64,000 bases of DNA, taken from positions 136,247 to 200,246 of the IMG/VR virus record IMGVR_UViG_3300023174_003901, one strand, 5' to 3'. The notes under the pieces were generated by a model. It saw only the letters and a list, made by a program, of their open reading frames with translations, did not search any database and was not told the origin of the DNA. The position numbers and the translations under genes are program-made. This stretch comes from a virus. Lineage: Duplodnaviria > Caudoviricetes. How positions within the stretch are numbered: the first letter of the stretch is position 1; each line of letters starts with the position of its first letter. Positions 61,131 to 64,000 of this stretch are shown piece by piece.

Positions 61131-61466
61131 TTAGGCAGAGACTTTTGCGTCTACCGATTTGGTAGAGACTGTGGCCTTTGTAGCCTTGACCATGATCTCG
61201 CCCTTCTTGGCGATCTTGCTTTTCTCGGCCAACTTGTTAGCGACCGCAAAGCCAGCATCACCTGCGGTGATACCTTGCTCTTGCAAATACTGCAAGGCTT
61301 CCAACTTGCTCATTGCCTTGGGCAACTCAACCAAGTTGATGTTGGTACAGTTGTTCTTGCTCAAGATTTTCACACGAGCAACCAAGTCATTTGCAAAACG
61401 AGCCTTGGTAGTACCATCCGGGTTTGTTGCAGTGCCCGCCACTGTAAAGAGTTTTTCCGATGCCAT
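61131..61466 (-). CDS. Lys/Ala-tailed hypothetical protein
   Basis: FTVAG...KARFAND...LVELP..MSK.EA; AAAGG SD. Confidence 0.7.
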   Translation of the reverse strand: MASEKLFTVAGTATNPDGTTKARFANDLVARVKILSKNNCTNINLVELPKAMSKLEALQYLQEQGITAGDAGFAVANKLAEKSKIAKKGEIMVKATKATVSTKSVDAKVSA

Positions 61467-61526
61467 AATAAATGCCTTTCAAAGTGCTTTTAAGTTTAAA
61501 AAATGTTGCTGTTAACAACATATCTA

Positions 61527-61555
61527 ATTGTAACAGAATGGTTGATTTTGGTCAA
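61527..61555 (-). promoter_or_regulatory. sigma70-type early promoter
   Basis: TTGACC-N17-TACAAT; GGTTGA-N6-TCAACC palindrome over the -35. Confidence 0.7.
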
Positions 61556-61593
61556 CCAATTCTGCCACAAAAGATTGGGTAGTTTTGCCAAAA

Positions 61594-61788
61594 TTATTCT
61601 TTTGGCTCAAGGTTTTGTCCGATTTTTTTACCCGATAGCAATAAGTTTGCTACCGAAACAAACAGGCTCAAACAACCATACGCCATATCACCTCGAGAAA
61701 AGTAATCGGCGGCAGTCATCAACGCAATACCTGACACAAAGCCAGATATCACATCTTGGTGTTTTACAAACCATGCATAAAATTTCAT
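61594..61788 (-). CDS. small 2-TM membrane protein
   Basis: 64 aa, hydrophobic, coupled. Confidence 0.55.
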   Translation of the reverse strand: MKFYAWFVKHQDVISGFVSGIALMTAADYFSRGDMAYGCLSLFVSVANLLLSGKKIGQNLEPKE

Positions 61789-61967
61789 ATTAAGTCCTTA
61801 AACATTTCTTTCCGACCTTGTTCGCCCAAAGTTTGGTCAAATAATTCTTTGGTACGTTGTAACATGGCACAGGCCATCATTAGTAACTCATTGCCATCAT
61901 CACACATCATGATCTGACGATCAACCGGTACCATGAGTTCGGCCATGCGTTTTTGTACGTCACTCAC
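61785..61967 (-). CDS. hypothetical protein
   Basis: 60 aa, coupled. Confidence 0.6.
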   Translation of the reverse strand: MSDVQKRMAELMVPVDRQIMMCDDGNELLMMACAMLQRTKELFDQTLGEQGRKEMFKDLI

Positions 61968-62158
61968 ATTTTTCTTTCGTGAATCATGCTTTCAAATGTG
62001 CTCCACAGTTGTTCAAATTTGAGTTCGTATAAAGTGGCCACTGCTTCAACGGCGTGTTCGCCCTTCTCAGCGACCAATCGTAGATCGTCTGTGATTTTCC
62101 AGCAGTCTAAAATTTGTTGTTCCAGATCGAAACGGTCTGATGTTTTTGTTTTGGTCAT
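61964..62158 (-). CDS. hypothetical protein
   Basis: RFDLEQQILDCW.ITDDL; coupled. Confidence 0.6.
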   Translation of the reverse strand: MTKTKTSDRFDLEQQILDCWKITDDLRLVAEKGEHAVEAVATLYELKFEQLWSTFESMIHERKM

Positions 62159-62283
62159 TGTGCCAGTTCCTTGCTCTGAGTTTGGATGGTCTGTACGCCT
62201 TTGTCAAACATTCGAGCAATGCCCGAAAATCCCACAGCACTGACCACCAAGCCTAGAATGAATCCAATTATGAGTTTGCTCAT
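62155..62283 (-). CDS. 42-aa membrane microprotein missed by the ORF track
   Basis: MSKLIIGFILGLVVSAVGFSGIARMFDKGVQTIQTQSKELAQ*; AAGGA SD; ATGA overlap downstream. Confidence 0.65.
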   Translation of the reverse strand: MSKLIIGFILGLVVSAVGFSGIARMFDKGVQTIQTQSKELAQ

Positions 62284-62292
62284 GATGTGTCC

Positions 62293-63072
62293 TTAGATAA
62301 TGCTCACGCGATTGAGTTGAGTGGAGCCGTCTCTGTGAGCCTTGACGGTTCCTTGGATAGTGTGTTTTGCATCCTTCGCCAGTTCTTGGCGGTATGCAAA
62401 AAACACAGCAGAGTTGTCTTGGGTAACGCCAGTGGCGTACCAGGTGTTCCATTGCTGACTGTAGTTTGATTTGATGATCTCCACGTCCAGTTGCACTTTG
62501 TCACCAGGGGTGCCGATCAAGGCGCCTGATGTTTGGCGCACACGTTCCTGCACAGCCTGGCGCTCCAAACTGCGGGTATGACTTTGTGGGAGACATGCAA
62601 CCACAGCCAATTCCAACTTGTGTTTTACAGTATCAAACTCATCTTCAACTGCCAAGACCTTGCTGACAGCACCGTCAAACTCTGTGAGTTTGTTTTTAAG
62701 AGCACGGAAGGTAATGTCGTTTTGCAAGAACTTGCGGCACTCCTGACCCTGTGAAATATCTTCCACAGTGAGTTGAGCAGGGTTGGCCAAAATGTCCACC
62801 ATGATGTCGCGGTTGCGACGTTTGTCTACCACGGTATTGCTGGACATTTCTGGATCAACCTTGTACACAGTCTCTTTAATATAAGAGCCATTGATACGTT
62901 GTGCCGCCACTGCCGCACCCCAAACATTGTCCACTGAGTGCTTGATGCCCTCGGGCTTGGCACGAGATTTCCATTGACGGCGTGGCTGATCGGTTTCGTC
63001 AGCATCAGCCGCATGGTCCATCATACGAACTTCACGGGCTGTCATATTTGATACATCTACAAATCCTGGCAT
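62293..63072 (-). CDS. hypothetical protein with an OB-fold-like C-terminus
   Basis: IG..GDKVQLDVEII...TIQGTVKAH...TQLNRV. Confidence 0.6.
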   Translation of the reverse strand: MPGFVDVSNMTAREVRMMDHAADADETDQPRRQWKSRAKPEGIKHSVDNVWGAAVAAQRINGSYIKETVYKVDPEMSSNTVVDKRRNRDIMVDILANPAQLTVEDISQGQECRKFLQNDITFRALKNKLTEFDGAVSKVLAVEDEFDTVKHKLELAVVACLPQSHTRSLERQAVQERVRQTSGALIGTPGDKVQLDVEIIKSNYSQQWNTWYATGVTQDNSAVFFAYRQELAKDAKHTIQGTVKAHRDGSTQLNRVSII

Positions 63073-63123
63073 ATTAGATATTCCTGAGTGATTCGATTAA
63101 TAAGATTATGGCCATTGCTACGT

Positions 63124-63441
63124 TCATGCTGTCACCATCTGACCTTCAACGATCTCCAGCATGTTGGCCGGGATCTTCCACAAGCCACCGTCTCTGTCAC
63201 TACGAACTGTGACATATTTAATAGCAATCTTTTTTACTGTGCCTGTGGCACCAGAAGGGTTTTTGGAACTGATCCAACGAACTTGAACGCCTACATCCAA
63301 TTGGCGCTTGACCTGCTTGCGAAGACTGGCCTGTGCAAAACGGATGGCGTCAGCCATGCTACGAAGTTCTACATCAGTCCAGGTACCAAACATGATAGAA
63401 GAATTAATTTGCTGAATTGATGTAAGTTTTTCCATTTTCAA
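63124..63441 (-). CDS. hypothetical protein with an SH3/KOW-like C-terminus
   Basis: LDVGVQV.W...GTVKKIAIKYVTV...W.IPANML. Confidence 0.6.
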   Translation of the reverse strand: MKMEKLTSIQQINSSIMFGTWTDVELRSMADAIRFAQASLRKQVKRQLDVGVQVRWISSKNPSGATGTVKKIAIKYVTVRSDRDGGLWKIPANMLEIVEGQMVTA

Positions 63442-63467
63442 ACTCCCTTTTTGCTGAACATGTCCGT

Positions 63468-63496
63468 ATTATAGCATTTTGGTGATTATTGGTCAA
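63468..63496 (-). promoter_or_regulatory. sigma70-type early promoter
   Basis: TTGACC-N17-TATAAT. Confidence 0.75.
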
Positions 63497-63918
63497 CCTT
63501 TTACAAATGTAGTACTTTCGTATACATTATTAAACAGTTGTTCTGTGGGCACGTTGTGCTCCTTGTAGCCTTCGACCACCATGTCAAAATATCCCTGCCC
63601 TGGAAGGTTATCCAAGTTGCCGGGTTGCATGTAGTAAGTTTCGGCCATCACAACACGATCTTCGTGTGCCACACGCAGGGCACGGCGATTGTAGTAGAGA
63701 GGATAACCTTCCAGGCGATCCAGGCTGTTCAAGTGAAAATCATCAATGGTCCACAGCACCCCATCCACATAGGAGCCTTTGCATTTGACCACGTCAGCGT
63801 GGATGGCAAATCTAAACGAGTAATCGATCAGGCGAGCGTGACCCAGACTCAATGCACCAGGGCATCGCTGGGCCATACCTCTACGATTGGTATTCATGCC
63901 ATAAGCAAAGTAAAGCAA
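63493..63918 (-). CDS. gamma-glutamylcyclotransferase (AIG2-like)
   Basis: LYFAYGMN...RCP...GVLW...LDRLEGYP..Y.R. Confidence 0.85.
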   Translation of the reverse strand: MLYFAYGMNTNRRGMAQRCPGALSLGHARLIDYSFRFAIHADVVKCKGSYVDGVLWTIDDFHLNSLDRLEGYPLYYNRRALRVAHEDRVVMAETYYMQPGNLDNLPGQGYFDMVVEGYKEHNVPTEQLFNNVYESTTFVKG

Positions 63919-63923
63919 AAGTA

Positions 63924-64000
63924 TTACCTCTGAAAGTCTACAAGACGTTGCACAAGAATGCCGTGTTCAGCATCCATCTCTTCGTTCGAAACATAAAAGT
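63924..64000 (-). CDS. 3' end of a gene truncated by the window edge
   Basis: Open frame ...FYVSNEEMDAEHGILVQRLVDFQR* ending just before the GGCT start. Confidence 0.4.
   Translation of the reverse strand, partial: FYVSNEEMDAEHGILVQRLVDFQR

Noticed and set aside
62204-62504. Minus-strand ORFs 62204-62452 and 62304-62504
   Set aside because: They overlap the 259-aa gene out of frame; the gap is better explained by the 42-aa ORF at 62155-62283
1-64000. Alternative genetic code (stop-codon reassignment), as in some large phages
   Set aside because: Genes are full-length and tightly packed under code 11, and TAA/TGA stops are often coupled to the next start; no fragmentation
1-64000. Bacterial chromosome or prophage origin suggested by clpA, dnaJ, infA, nadE, sod, erpA, phoH
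   Set aside because: These genes are isolated from their usual bacterial operons and interleaved with tail, lysis and T4-type clamp-loader genes under TAAATA boxes; no integrase or att site seen
1-64000. tRNA/rRNA genes, introns, inteins, homing endonucleases, IS elements
   Set aside because: Intergenic gaps are short and none showed a T-arm/cloverleaf; no LAGLIDADG/HNH/GIY-YIG, intein or transposase motifs recognised by eye (tRNAscan-SE not run)

Overview
This 64-kb window is a gene-dense piece of a large lytic tailed-phage genome (T4-like/jumbo type). It reads in the standard genetic code and nearly all genes lie on the minus strand. I saw no rRNA, tRNA, CRISPR array, integrase or transposase. 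A Gram-negative host is implied by the i-/o-spanin pair, and a Bug/TctC solute-binding protein hints at Burkholderiales. Layout: (1) 0.8-14.3 kb and 33.6-35.7 kb, modular proteins with short T4 capsid-targeting-like N-termini and internal [VILM]-x-E linkers, carrying ParB/Srx, nucleotidyltransferase, HExxH peptidase, amidoligase and methyltransferase domains, with Dps inside the cluster; (2) ClpA/DnaJ; (3) a lysis region with three LamG proteins; (4) an island at 25.6-33.6 kb and 38.6-39.9 kb with an APS-kinase fusion, sulfotransferase-like and SGNH-like genes; (5) PhoH, clamp loader, GroES and a DnaE-like fragment; (6) baseplate and two repeat-rich tail fibres; (7) ErpA, SOD, radical SAM, IF-1, an ATE-like transferase, SleB, NadE and small early genes behind sigma70 promoters. 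The best candidate for an undescribed system is a virion-cargo polyprotein system: capsid-targeting leaders plus prohead-protease-type linkers that would package and release enzymes, including SOD. Next are a pseudoknotted candidate ncRNA, apparently leaderless late transcripts alongside a phage IF-1, and a putative phage PAPS/sulfation pathway. All family calls were made by eye from motifs; no database search was run.
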